This document shows positions 13,101 through 26,939 of a stretch of 64,000 nucleotides of DNA, one piece after another. Position numbers and translations under genes: made by a program. The stretch's first letter is position 1. Every line of letters begins with the position of its first letter. Source of the stretch: Rhizophagus irregularis (Eukaryota); assembly GCF_026210795.1 (NCBI RefSeq), contig NC_089434.1:5518001-5582000 (forward strand), in the 5' to 3' direction. The notes under the pieces were generated by a model. The model was given only the letters and a program-made list of their open reading frames with translations, did no database searches and was not told the DNA's origin.

Positions 13101-16100
13101 ATACACGATGTTCATATGATATTAATCGTCATCAGTGTCACATCTCGACAAATTTCCGATTATTTTCAAGAAGCGATATCTACTCTACGAAGGCTTCCCT
13201 TAAGTATTCATATTAAAGAATTGTTACGACGGGTGACATTTTAAGAAGGTGGATATGGTGGATGTAAAGGAAATTAAGCCGTAATGTTGTAACTAACGCT
13301 TTCGGCCAAATCCTCTACTCAGAATAGTAAAAAAAAAAGGTCTATCTAGATGAGTTTTTTTGAAAAACAATTATTAAATTTATTAAAATCTGAAAATAAT
13401 CTTTCTTATGGAACTAATGTTAAAACAGCCGATGGGGACTACCATGGAAAAATCCATTTTCTTCTTTAAGTTTTATCTCATTTCTCATTTTTCTTCTTAG
13501 TTGTTCGAAAAATTTATTTATGTCTAACATCTTCAATATTATTATCACCTTTGTCATCATCACCAATTCTATTTTAATACATTAATAATAAAAGTAATGC
13601 TTCAAGTAAAGTATAGTTTTCTAAAAAATATCATGTTGAATAGATAATTTGCTGTAAACTATTAATTCCTTTTTCTGAGATTTTCTGAGATTATCAGAAG
13701 AGATGCATAAAAATTCTTATTTGTTTGACATGGTTAATTATTTTTATATCTTTTTAAGGACGTTTCGGTATTGAGTACTTGTTGTTAAAAGTTTATTTTG
13801 TAAAGAAAAAACATCGCACTAAATATTTTAAGGGAGTAAATAAAAAAGCATAGTAGCTTTTGTGAAAAAGTGCTTCTGAAAATTTCCAATAAAAATTTAG
13901 GAGGAAATCACCCCATAAGAATTAAAATGATCGGATGCATATTGTCGTCATATATCTAAAGAAAATCAAGCCACAGGGTATACATCAGAAGTGCGCATTT
14001 TTTAACGGAATTAATTTAACCGAAAGGAATTTGATAATAATTATAATAATAGTAAGCCACTGAAATAATACTAACAATATTGTCCAAATCAAAATGACAA
14101 ATCAGAATTTGCTGCGTCAGGTAAATTACCTTTAAAGTTTAACAAACCTTATCGGAATATAAAAATAGTGATATCATAAAATTTTAAGTTAAATATTTTT
14201 TTGTAAGCATATTTTAATAAAGTAATAATTGTCGTCGGATGTTGCGCCTGGAAAATCCGCAATTTTGTAACTGTGGCTTGGATTTATTATTTATATGTGG
14301 CAAAGCGCCTGATATTTACAGAATTAAAAAGCACCACTTTCGAAGATCCTATTGTTTATCGGCCGGATTCGGACAACGGATATGTACCCACACGGTTTCG
14401 TTGCATCCAGAACCAGAATTTTTATCAATCGGGTTTGCCGTAAATGTAGAACAAGATGAAAAAATTGAAAAATATAACATGCAAATTGAAGAATTTCACG
14501 TCGGGATATCTGAAAATATATTACTAGAGCAAATATTTCGGCATTTTTTTTCTTTAATAATAAAGATCTTATACATATATGTTATTACTATAACTGGAAA
14601 CAATAACATTGTTTATTTGTTTGCTAGGTCAAGTGCTACTGTCATATGGCTTATTGGTGTTATGTGGTGTAAAATAGTCATATGATCATTGATTAAGTTC
14701 ATTGATTAACCCATTTGTTTTTAGTCTAATCTTTCTAATCTTGTAATCTTGATTTTATTGATATATCGATATAAGATTTATTATTTAATTAAAGATTCTT
14801 GATTCTTCTACAACAATCTCGCCGTCAGATTATTTCCAATGTTAATATGATCACTCCAAGTCCTAGTAATCATCAGGATAAACCTTCTTATCAGGCTTAT
14901 CTATCATTGACGGTTTTAGGTTATTTTTATAAATGCCATAAAGTATTAAGTTTTCTATTTACGTTGTAATACTATGGTATTTATATTGTGCTTCCATATT
15001 TAAACCAATTAAGGCTCAATTATGCACAGCCTTTTTATATTTCTAGTTAATCCGAAAATAACTACTACCCTTATTATATTGTTTATTTTTTTTTTCATGT
15101 GTTATAAGGAGTTACTGTAATCATATTAAGTTTCACAAAGGTCAATATATGATACCAATAAAATCTTCTTATTGCAGATCACCCTAAATATTTTGTTGAG
15201 AGAACTTCAATTTTTAATAATAATAATTTTAACAAATGAGCTTAATATTTAATAGTGGAATAATTTTTTTGATTTGTTACAAATATTTTAAACGTTTCAT
15301 AGTATGTTATAATATATTTGTAAAAGAATACTAAAAAATTACAATACATATAATATCTATTATATATTATATATATATATATATATATTTCAGGGGAAAT
15401 ATTCGGCTTTTTTAAAATAAATTTTCCGTCTTTATTTTTTATAACGTAAAATCATATCAAAAAAAAGGAGAAAATTTAATTCTTAATGACCAATTAATTT
15501 AATAAAGGAACTACAGCGAAATTTTGTAAAGTATTTCTGAATTCCATTTATGGTATTTAATTACTAAAACAATATAAAGGTATAGCTAGGGTGTACCACG
15601 ATTTATAAAGAACATGATTGGTTGCACGTGATCACAAACCTTACCAACAGGCAACAGTTAGACTTGATCAACATGATTGGCGAATCTCTCTTTTTTTTCT
15701 AACGAATCATATCATAAATAGAATATTTAATTTTTGTAACACAAATTTCCCCAATATTTGCTCAATCTCTCTCTGCATAAAAATCAAGTAACATCATTGG
15801 ACGATTTTTTAGTAGAAGCATCAAGTTCATAAATCTGGATTCTTACTTTATAATTAGAATAATTTAAACCATTTTTATTGAACTTTTTTTGGCCAACAAA
15901 AAGAAACAAAAGAAATTTAAAAATTGGAATGTTAAAGAAAAATGATGTACATGTCGAATTGCCGAAAATGCCTTTGTTATTTTAAAAATCAATCAATTAA
16001 TTAATATTAGAAATATTTACTAAAAAGAGATTATTCAATATATCCGTTTGTACAAGAAACAAGTATTATCTTACAGTATTCTTAAATCCGCAATTACAAT

Positions 16101-16467
16101 TTGTACAATATATTAATACTTTTTACTTCATTCATTTTAATCCATTAAATTTTTTTTGATTGCATTTTTTTGCATACTACGTATACTACTATACTACGCA
16201 TAGTCGCATACTTGTGTGATCATTGAACTGTGTTTCATTGTTTCTGAATTCGATTTCACGATATAAACGATAAACCAATACAAAACGATGGACAAGGTTG
16301 GTACAAATGATATGCAGGCTGACTCACTAAATGACTTTTATTATTAAGGTTATGAAGATTAAAAGATATTTATGATTTTTTATATTAATTTTTTTAAAAA
16401 AACCGTAATGATTTGTTATTTAAACAGTGTCCTTGCTTGAGTTTTATCAAGTAAAAAAAAAATTAAT

Positions 16468-18198
16468 ATGCAACGATATATAAATAATCCAGGATTTTCC
16501 CAATTACGTTCCCTCGCCTTTAATAACACGCCAAAGAACACAAACCGATGTAAAACGGACATTGTCCAAAACTTGCCCACAGAAATCTTAATTCAAATAT
16601 TTGGTAATATAATTTCGACTAATTTTATGAGGATTTGCGATGACGATGAATTTTTCATTCGTGAAATGGAAAGAATCTTAATACGTTTAACGTGTAAAAG
16701 ATGGAACCATATTGTGATCAGTTTAATAAGTCATGCCCATTATGACATTCGTAAGATTAAAGTAAGTTATCAAATTGATATAATTTTGTATTAATATGAT
16801 ATATATATATACTGTATATTAATTACTAATTTCATTTTACAGAAACATAAATTAGAATATGTCGTGCCTCCTCCTACTTTAAAGAGTCTCAATATAATTG
16901 ATAGTCGTTACTTGTATGTAAATATTTGTGATCCGCATATTTTCTATGATCCTTATAATTGGATCTCCGAAAGCGAGATTAACGAATGGCTTTATAATAA
17001 AGATTTGAAATATGTAAAAAAACTTTACCTATATGGTTGTATGGATCTCACTGCAGACGGGTATATAATATATAATAATTATAATATTTATTTTATTTAA
17101 AATATTTTATTGAATTTTTTGCGTTAAATCTTATTTTTTATTTTTTTAGACTTTCGAATTTATTTGATCAATTAGTTGATCTTTCCATCGTAAACTGCCC
17201 ACAAAGTAAGATTTTTATTTTTATTTTAATTGTATTAAAACAATATTACCAATTAATAATTAAAAAAAAAATTTATGTATATATAATTTTATTTATCATA
17301 AATTTTAGTAACCGAAAAATCTTTATCTTTAATGTTAAAGAAACTGAAAAATCTCGAATCATTGACAATTAACACCGACAAATTCTTTTCTTCCAAATTA
17401 CATGAAATAATCGAAGCTTTTTCGCCAAAATTATGTAATTTGAAGTTAGTAATCCCTTTTTTATTGAAATTAAAACAAAAGATTAATTTTCAATTGATGG
17501 ATTTATGCTGTTTGCCTAAATCGGTCAATAGTTTCATAATATGTTTACAAATCCCAACTTATGATAATCAAATTTTTACATCGACACCTCCTCCTAATAC
17601 ATTGAAACGTTTAGACGTTTCAAATTGTTTCTTTTTAAAAAATTTATTCAATATTCCAAAGTTTCTTACTCACTTGACTGTAAGTTATCCATCATTACCC
17701 CGTGATACGATTAAACTCCCTTCAACCATTGAATATTTGAATATTTCAGGTTACATTCGTAACACTCTTCATTCTTCATCAAATTGTTCCTACAATTATA
17801 GTAAAAATTGGATCAACACATTCCCGGATAACGCTCCCTTTCTTCACACCTTAATTTTACACATGTACGCATCTCCCCAATTACTTTTTCCCGCAATAGT
17901 TCGTTTTGCGGATACAATACGTTATTTAGACTGTCGTATATTATTATTAAATATGATTGATATAAGTATTTGTGAGGCACCATGTTATCTTGGGAGACAA
18001 CATCAACTTGATATGATTCAAGAATTAAAAGGTCTTGTAGAATTAAGATTTCATTGTAGATTGGAGGAAAAGGAAATCGAAAAATTTCCCACTACTCTGA
18101 AGAAACTTTGGTTGATAAACGGATTTAATAGTCAATCTATAATTGATTATGCTTATAGAAAAGGAATTAAAATTTTTGAATTACGTCAAAGTTATTAA
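16468..18198 (+). CDS. F-box / leucine-rich-repeat (FNIP-like) protein, 485 aa; join(16468..16761,16843..17060,17150..17205,17309..18198)
   Basis: F-box motif LPTEILIQIF...RLTCKRWN; repeats LKSLNI, LKNLESLTI, LPKSVNSF, LKRLDVS, LPSTIEYLNIS; three GT-AG introns keep the frame (1458 nt). Confidence 0.88.
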
Positions 18199-18674
18199 TA
18201 CATTGTAGTAGTTAGCGTACTAGCATATATATATTAGTATTAGTATTTTCTTTTTTTTTTTATTCCATATTTTTTAAACATTTATTTTAATTTTTATAAT
18301 AATAAGGAACATTTTATTATTTCGTACTTTCAAATTGTATTTTGAGTTTTTGATTATAATAAAGGAATTTTTATTATTCATACTTTTGTATTATGATAAT
18401 AATAACTACCCTAGCGTTACCAAGAAAGATTACAATATTTAATTGAAGATGAAATATATGATATATATACTGTACTATATAACGATAATAGGTAATGTTT
18501 ATACAATAACATAAATATTACAGAATTTTATATTTAACTAGCTATCTCTATATTTCCTAAAAAAACTGAATACCAAATTAAAAGACTATTCAATATATTT
18601 TTTTTCGTCTTTGTTCTTTTTTTAGTTTTTTCATATTCCTATTTCAATTTTTTTCTTTTCTTAATTTACGTTTC

Positions 18675-19829
18675 CTACTTGTTCTCTTTTAACTGATTTG
18701 TTAGATTGTTTATCACGTTTGTTTGATTATTTATCACTTTTGTTAGTTGTTTTATCTCTTCTGTTAGTGTTTCTATTTGCTGTTTTTTATCTTTAATACT
18801 TACTTCACCATTCAGATAAATGGAGATTAATGTATTGATGTTATCAGGTTTTTCATTAAAATGGTTAACTAATCTAGTAAAAGATAAAGTACAAATTCCA
18901 AAAGCTATTCTTGTGATAATAGGGCTGGTGCTAATTAAATATCCAGATACAATAGCTGGATAAACAATTAATAACATTATATTAATATGTTTAAAAAACT
19001 TAAAGATTGTAGGGAAATTAGTGATACGTTGAAATTCTCTTACGTAACGTATCAAAATACTTTCACGAAGTTTGCGAATGTGTAAAATTGTGATACAAGA
19101 CGCATGTAAAGTATAGACTACAATTCCAAAAATATAAATTATCCTATTTGCTAGCCTCAAACTGTTGCATTTGTTAATTCCAAAGTTTTTAATGCAATAA
19201 TTACTCATGTGACTATAAACCTTATTAGCATTATTATTGAGACCCAAATCACCATGGATAAAGGCGTCATACCCAGAATATGATAAAATAGTAAGCACTA
19301 AAATGAAGTAGCAAGCTAACATTTCACCTTCAAATATTTCATTTATAAATTTTATAAATCCTGTAAATAACTTTTTTATGCTTCCTCCTCCATTTATTTT
19401 TTTATTTTTGTTGTTTCCATTTTCATCATCCACATTTATACTTGTTTCACCATTTCCTCTCTCATCTATTTTTTTTCCTTCCACATTTTCATTGTTTTCT
19501 TCTTTAATCTTTTCTTTATCTTCTTTTTTGTATTGAACCCATAAGAAAAGGATGTATGAAATTATTCCAAAAAGTGCTGTAACGGCGTAATTTACAATAA
19601 CTTCTCTTTTGTAATAGTTACTATAATATTGATACCATTCAATTGCTGTAATTAAAGGAAATATAACAATAGATGCAAATATAAAGAAATCATCAAATAT
19701 ATTTATCATGGATAATTTCTTTCTTTTACCATCTTTAAAACCATTAAACAGACCAACTATCAATACTGGAAGTAATCCAATGAGAATTGAATTAATTGTA
19801 TCTTCAGCTGGATTATAAGATGGTGACAT
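18675..19829 (-). CDS. Predicted 7-TM membrane protein of unknown family (paralogue 1, 384 aa)
   Basis: Intact intronless ORF with seven hydrophobic segments, a Cys pair (YCIKNFGINKCN) and a C-terminal heptad coiled coil; conserved with ORFs at 36802 and 46711. Confidence 0.9.
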   Translation of the reverse strand: MSPSYNPAEDTINSILIGLLPVLIVGLFNGFKDGKRKKLSMINIFDDFFIFASIVIFPLITAIEWYQYYSNYYKREVIVNYAVTALFGIISYILFLWVQYKKEDKEKIKEENNENVEGKKIDERGNGETSINVDDENGNNKNKKINGGGSIKKLFTGFIKFINEIFEGEMLACYFILVLTILSYSGYDAFIHGDLGLNNNANKVYSHMSNYCIKNFGINKCNSLRLANRIIYIFGIVVYTLHASCITILHIRKLRESILIRYVREFQRITNFPTIFKFFKHINIMLLIVYPAIVSGYLISTSPIITRIAFGICTLSFTRLVNHFNEKPDNINTLISIYLNGEVSIKDKKQQIETLTEEIKQLTKVINNQTNVINNLTNQLKENK

Positions 19830-20986
19830 TTTTGTAAATAATCACAAATTGGGATAAGTTTAAATAAATAAAAAAAAATTTTTTAGATTTTTTATCTTTT
19901 ATAATCTTTTTTTTTTTTGTTTGAAATTTGTTTTTTTACATAAAAATTAATTTTTCTCAAACATAATAAAATTTATCAAAAGCAAAGCCAGTGTGATAAA
20001 GTGACAAGCCGTTTTTCAAATAAAAAGATTATTAACTACTTTTTGCGCCAGGTCCTGATATATGGATCGACATAAATTTGCCTTTTTGCAAAATTACACG
20101 TTTTTCCTAAATTATATTTTTTATTTTATTTGTTTTTAAAAATTTAATGAGTTACATGAGTTACGAAATTATATAAAATTTAAACCATTTTTTTTTTAAA
20201 AAAAAAATGAAAAATTAGTCGGTAACGCCTATAAACTGTCGAAAATATTCAGCCAAAAACTCAGTTCACATTAATCTACATCGTTTAAAATACGTCATTT
20301 TGTGATTTTTACTAATATTTTAACGCGAATATGATTTCTAGATACATAAACTTAATACGACAATCAATGTAATTACAGTATTTATAACAATAAGTCAATT
20401 ACTAACGTCAGTTACATTTGACAAAGAAATTTAACTCGAACTCGTAATATTATCTATTATCTCAACTTTCAGTAATAATATACTATATTTATTGTATATA
20501 ATATATAACATAAGCATTCTTTACTTGATGTAATCATTAAAGCTACTAACATTCGAGTTGTTGATTCAAAGTTGCTCATCTCATGCTTTGATATGGCGCA
20601 GTGTATAAAAACGTGGCAAAAAATATCTCGTAACATTTCTTTTAGCTTCGCCCTCGTTAATAAAACAAGATTATTGCGGCTCAAAAAAATTATTTGATAA
20701 CAAAATCTCTCATTTTCACATTATTTTTAAAGTGGCTCTGCTCTTCAATTGTAAATTTAATGAGGCGCAATACTATAGAAAAACGTGGCAAAAATACTTC
20801 CTTTACTTTGCCTTCATTGGTAATAATATGAAAAAAAAATGTAATCAAATACTACGTGTTACTATGGAAAAATTTTCTTGTATAAACACTTTGTAATTGA
20901 GGAGAGAAAATTTCTTATTGTTATAAAAACAAATTAACAAACAACAAATAAGAATTTTATATAAAATACTGAACACAAAATCAATC

Positions 20987-21239
20987 ATGCAATTAAAATA
21001 CTTATTGCTGACTTTCGTCTTCACTATCTTTACTATTGCTTTAGCGGATAAATAAATAATCTCTTTACTTCAAAAGAAAGTTTTTTCTCTTTTTTAATAT
21101 TAATTACCAAACGAATTCTTTTAATAATAATTTACGTGACGCAGACACAGCACCATATGCGACAGAATTGCAAAGAAAAAAGTTCAAAGGACCTGTTCAT
21201 TATAAACGTGACATAGACGCACGATGGGAATCCTGGTAA
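20987..21239 (+). pseudogene. Possible decayed small secreted KEX2-type peptide precursor
   Basis: TATATAAA ~29 bp upstream; signal peptide MQLKYLLLTFVFTIFTIALA; intron-sized AT-rich gap lacking canonical GT/AG; then LRDADTAPYATELQRKKFKGPVHYKRDIDARWESW* in another frame. Confidence 0.4.
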
Positions 21240-21610
21240 AGAAAAAGATTGCACAAGATGCATACTTTGGATAATAGCTAGCCAAGTAACTACACATTAA
21301 AAAGTTGATAATTACTTAATCTCTTATAAAAGATCGTATTTTGAATTTTACTATTCGTTTCGTTTATAAAGTATGTATATATTAAAATTTAATAAAAATG
21401 AAAATAGGAAATAGCCTTAATCATATGATGATCTTATATTGATAAAAAAATAATTAGAACAGTTATAGAGAGTATGTGTAGTTAGACATGGTTACACGGA
21501 ATGTATCCGGTTCTCGTCACGTGGTCGATAATAAATCTTTGCTCTCCGAACTTAAGTTTCCGTTCCCTAGTTGATATTTATTCAAGTATATATTAGATCC
21601 ATTCTTTGAC

Positions 21611-21724
21611 GCAAATGTATCTTTCTTATACGTGTACGACATACTATCTTATACGACATATATTATGTGACATATACGTCGTATAAGAACATAGCACCTG
21701 ATCGTATAAGAACGATACATTTGC
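21611..21724. mobile_element. MULE-like MITE (114 bp)
   Basis: TIRs GCAAATGTATCTTTCTTATACG / CGTATAAGAACGATACATTTGC; flanking 9-mers TTCTTTGAC / TTCTTTCAC. Confidence 0.7.
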
Positions 21725-22233
21725 TTCTTTCACTACTAAATTTTTTTTCCCGATGACTGCATATTTTCGAACTCGATTTAGATTGAAGCGACGATAAAAT
21801 AAAGGCTATCAAGGCTATTCGCGTGCTTGATATATAATAAATAAAAAAGTTAAAGCCATTCTTACTATCTTAAGAATTTACTTTATTCCACCTATTTTAG
21901 AATCATTAAAATAAATGAATGAATGAATGAAATAATTTCTATTGTAACTAATTTGACTCGATTTGTTCAAACTCGAATTTAGATTTTAAATTGAGTTGAA
22001 TCGAATCTAGTTTAACTCGATTCATGTGGAAGACTGCGCGATGTGATATGCAGACCACAAGATTATGACCAAAACTCAAAAGATGTTAGCTTTGTTGATT
22101 TTATAAAATGATATTTCATTACGTTTCTCCTACCGATGTTGATAACAGCTTTGTAAATGATCGACGAATGTTCCACAGACAGTTTTTCGCCACATACTTT
22201 AAACAATATATTCGGGCGTAACCTGTCACACAT

Positions 22234-22449
22234 CACTTCCCCAGTAACACCACTAAATTTTTCACCCCACGTGACCTAATAATATTCATCACCGGCATCA
22301 CACCCCACCGCGTTTTCACTGTTTATATTTATCTGAGGGACTTAGTTTTTTTTGCCTTCCAAAATTATTTTTTTCACAACCCCTTAACTGTCACCGGTCA
22401 TGTGGGGTGAAATTTTAATTATAAAATTGGTGGTGTTACTACGGTAAAT
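22234..22449. mobile_element. MULE-like MITE (216 bp)
   Basis: Perfect 9-bp TSD GTCACACAT; imperfect TIRs around AGTAACACCA / TGGTGTTACT; related to 46061-46389. Confidence 0.8.
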
Positions 22450-23227
22450 GTCACACATTTAGGACGTGCAGTGCTCAATTGTCACCTTGCCATCACTAGT
22501 AGAAATTGCAAAGAGTATGATCACAAAAACTTTAATTTTTGTTATTTTTATTAATTTTCTTATTTAAATCAAAAAGCATTGTTTCTATAATCAAAATACA
22601 ATGAGCCTTTTCTACGATCATGTATATGCGACAGATAACCATCACACAGTTCAAGCTGTCATATGCCTTTACACCATGTTAGTGGTGTATTGAATATGAA
22701 TAATAATAAACATTTTAAATACTTTATACCAAATAAACAATTTTTTTAAACAATACGATAATTTTATTTCCTAGTAAAAATGTATAAAATAAAAAATAAA
22801 AATAAAAATATTGGAAAAGAATCAGTAAAAAAAATAGAACAAGTCGTCTAAATAAAAAAAAACGTAGAAGAGGGGGAATGAGCACATTAAAAATCGAGAA
22901 ATAGATTATCACAAACACGGAAAAAGTTTCGTAATTCGTACACGACAAGAATTTAGAAAAAAAAAAGTTTCAACATAAGAACCGAATATAGACTTGGCTT
23001 ACAAAAGGGTTTTTTATACAAAGCAAATGATTTATAACGGTGTTACGGGTATTACGAAAAAAAAAAGATTTTTACGAAAAAAAATGCGAGAACGAAATGT
23101 ATAAAAAAAAAATCGAACTGATAAAAAATATACCAAAAGGACAGTGATTTACAGTACAGTAATGTTCACGTACTGTAAGCCCACCTACCCACCCCACTGC
23201 CCTGTTAAAGGTTGGAACAAATGTAGG
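22450..23227. repeat. Segmental duplication, copy at 39667-40419 + 42921-42958
   Basis: Near-identical sequence from CACACATTTAGGACGTGC to GGTTGGAACAAATGTAGG; this copy lacks the 2.5-kb insertion. Confidence 0.92.
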
Positions 23228-24871
23228 TTCCTTGGCGATCCCGGTGATTTTTCTTACTGGTATTTTTGCACTTTATGCCAGTAGATATTTAATCTTACGA
23301 TCGCCGTGACGTTTTCCGAACTCTCTTCCAATTATTTTATCTTATTGATAAAATTTCTCTCGTAGACTTAACTATTCGTGACACATTAGTAAAAATGAAG
23401 AAACATTTATTTTCCTTTCTCTTTTTAAACATATACTAAAAGATGTAGTTTACTTACGACGTGGATCGAGAACATTCCTCCAGGCTCCAGCTAAATTAAA
23501 AAGAATATTAAAGTTAAATTTCCTTTTATTTTACTTTATTTATTAAATTAAACTTACCGATTTTATCTGCTGAAAAATTTGGTTATCCAAAAGCTACCAC
23601 CATTTTGCTGTGTTCCGGAATCTTTTTCAAAACAAGTCAGACCGGTGTCATAATTTCTTCATCGAAATTAACAATAATTGCATCAACTTGAAAGAAAAAA
23701 ACCAAAACATGTTTTTTAATAATTAATTTTTTTATTTTTTAAAAAAAATTGATAAATAAAAGATAATGTATATCGTTATTAATAGTTAATGGTAGTTAAT
23801 GGTATCTTTTTTTTTAATAAAATATTTGATCCTTTATTTTTTTTTAAAAAAAAAAAAATCATAAAAAACCCACCTATTTATTTAATAAAAAAATTTTTTT
23901 GATTTTCTTTTGTTTTCTTTTTTTGATTATCGGAACTTACATTCCGAATTCTAAATCGAATGAAAAAAAAGGGGGCCAAATCAATCTAAAAAAAGAAAAA
24001 TTTTCTTTGTATTTGATATGTACGTACGTGTCCATTATTCCTAATTATATTTATAGTTAAATCTCAATATTCTGATTGATTACTCCTTCATTATTTTGGC
24101 GCAGTGCATAATTAGTAATACGTGATTGGTTGATTGATGATAGCTATAAATTGGACTCTACGCGTTCCCTTTTTGGAAAAAATTTACATGTTTAAAATCA
24201 GGGACTATTTTAATTTAATAAATGTGTTTATTAATTATGCATTATAGGTAAATTTTGAATGCAGTAGCACCCGAAAAGATACCAAAAACGCGTAAGTAAA
24301 AAATTTTGTAAAATCCGGAAAGTACAAGTTTGATTAATTAAACGCATTTGTCATTAATCATTGCTTCAAATTTACTCCCGTATATTAATAATTTAGTTTA
24401 TGAAAAAAAAAAAAAATAATAATTTTTTATTTTATTACATTTTCGTTTGATTCCGGAAAATGCCTTTCTCATTAAAGATTAATACATGTGTAAACGCATT
24501 TTTATTTATCATATTTCATATTTCAAATCATTAATGTATCAGTTGACTTTCTTGTATACTTAAAAAAAAAAAATTATTTTTATCGATCGAAATTTCAGCC
24601 CGATTTATTGCAGCGGATTTCGGAATTTTCAAGATCAAAAAAAGGTCTATCATACGGGTACCATCAAACGCAACCACAATTACCACTATCACAATTGCAT
24701 TCATATGAATATTGACAACTATATCAAATGCCAAATGAATTTATATCATATCTACTACCTTGCTCATTCCCTTTCTCTCGCTCCCTTCTCCGCCCTTTCC
24801 CTTGGTTTCTAGTTATTGGTTCTCTTCTCTTGCCCCTTTTCTCTCGTTTCTTCCCACGGACTTAGATTTCG

Positions 24872-25952
24872 GTAGGAGTTAGAATCTTTTCAAATTTATT
24901 TTTTTAACAAAACGTTTTGCTAACGTTTCTATTTTTATTTTAATTTATTTCCTAGATGGATAGGTCTTATGAACGCGTAGAATTTCAGCATGGGAAATCT
25001 GAAATTTTTTTTCTAGTCGGCTAGATCTTTTGGGCGCGTAAAATTTCGGTAAGGAAATCTGAATTTTTTATTTTGATTTAATTTTTAACGAAATGTTTTA
25101 CTAACGTTTCGATTTTAAACTTCTTTTTTTTAGGTGACCGGCTCTTTGGACGTGCAGAATTTCAGTAAGAAAATCTAATTTTTTTTTTTTTAATTTAATT
25201 TTAAACGAAATGTTTACTAACGTTTAAATTTAATCTTTTTTTTAGATGACCAGGTCCTTTTAGCGCAGTAGAGGATTCTGGAAATATATTTTCTTAGCGA
25301 ATGTAGAATTCGGTAAGAGAAATAGATAATCTTTTTTTTTGAATTATTACTTATAACAACGAAACTTTTATTAACGATTTCGTTTTTATTATTTTTTAGG
25401 CGATCTTTTGACGCGTGAATTTTAGTAAGAAAAAGTTTTTTTCCCTCTTTATTAATTTAACGAAACGTTTTACTAAGTTTTGACTCTTCTCTTTTTTTAG
25501 GGGAGTTCCGATTTTGAAGCAACGGGATATTTGGTAAGTTTTTGAAAATATTTTTCGAAAACTAAACTTTTTTATTTTAACGAACTCTACTAACAGTTCA
25601 TTTTTTTTTTATTTTGTAGGTGGCCGTTTAACAAAACATTTTGATTTTCTTTTGTGGACGGACGTCTGGACGCATGGAAAGTTCAGTAGGAAGTCTTAAT
25701 TTATTTATTATCTTTAACGAAACGTTACTAACGTTTCGTTTTTTTTTTAAATGACTAAGATCTTGGACATGTAAATTTTGGTAACGGATCCAGAAAAAAT
25801 TTTATTTTAAATTTATTTTTTCTATCAAAACGTTTTACTAAGAACTCTGGATTTCTTTAGACGTATTGGTTTTCAAATCTTGGTAAGTATTCTTTTCTTT
25901 AATTTGTTTGTACTAACGAACAGTTACTCACACTTCGTTATTTTTTTCTTAG
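24872..25952 (+). other. Tandem array of ~9 short spliceosomal-intron-like units separated by micro-exons (apparently non-coding)
   Basis: GTAAG/GTAGG...(A)CTAAC...poly-T-AG units at 24872-24955, 25049-25133, 25165-25245, 25313-25399, 25425-25500, 25534-25619, 25686-~25750 (AG lost), 25781-25860 and 25883-25952. Confidence 0.75.
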
Positions 25953-26939
25953 ACAGCGGCTTCTATATACTTTACACAGGATTTTGGAGATTTTTTTTTT
26001 GTTTTCTCTAATAGTATTGGTAATTAAATCAAAAAGATGAAGAATGGTGAAAGAGAAATGAACGCTTATAAAGGAGTGCAAAGTAACTGCACGAAGAAAT
26101 GAGGATAGAGGAGGATTAAGTAAATCTTCTGGTAAACAAAACTGATAATAAGATTGGAAGCATATTTCGTTGAGAAGCCAGGGGAATTACATCTATTTGA
26201 AGGAGAGTGAGTTTATTATTGAGAATAAGATTAATATCCACAATTTTATTTTTATTTTTAAAATCCACGTGATTAATATCCACAATTCTTTATCTGAGAC
26301 AACAGTTCGGAAAACATTGGATTAATCAGGTGATTGTTGATCATCTTTGAAGTCAACGTATAATTTTTATATTAGATAATGTATTTGATAAATAAATTTT
26401 ACGATTAAACTTGCAATATATTTTACAATAATTTGTTACAATTTATATTAATATACATGTTAATAAATTAATATTACAATTAATGTTATACTGGCTATTG
26501 TACGTAAATGTACGATGCCCCTACAAGACCAATAACGAGTATCTTATGATGGTTTGTATACAATGTATTGTGATATTGTTGTAATATTAATTTCACTTGT
26601 TAGCAAGTATTTAGATGCAATAAAAATGAAAGGGCTAGAAAAGGTATTTGTGATGTAAAGATTGAAATAGAGGACGGTTATATTGTTTCAATGGTTCACA
26701 AAAAATTAGAAATATACTATTTCAAATTCAGTAAATAATTGATAACGATCCATTTTATAAAGAGATTGATGTCGAACATCTATCGTGAGGTTCGCAATCG
26801 AACATCCTTTTAGGAGGCTTTATTTTCTATGCTAATAATAATTGTTCGTATATAAATCACGTGAATTTATCATGTGATATTTTGATATTTCGCTATGGTA
26901 ATAAAAAACAAAATCCAAAAAATTATTACAATTTAAAAA

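Noticed and set aside
14239..14685. 148-aa plus-strand ORF
   Set aside because: No recognisable motif; runs into AT-rich sequence; the diverged inverted copy near 52300 has no matching ORF in the track.
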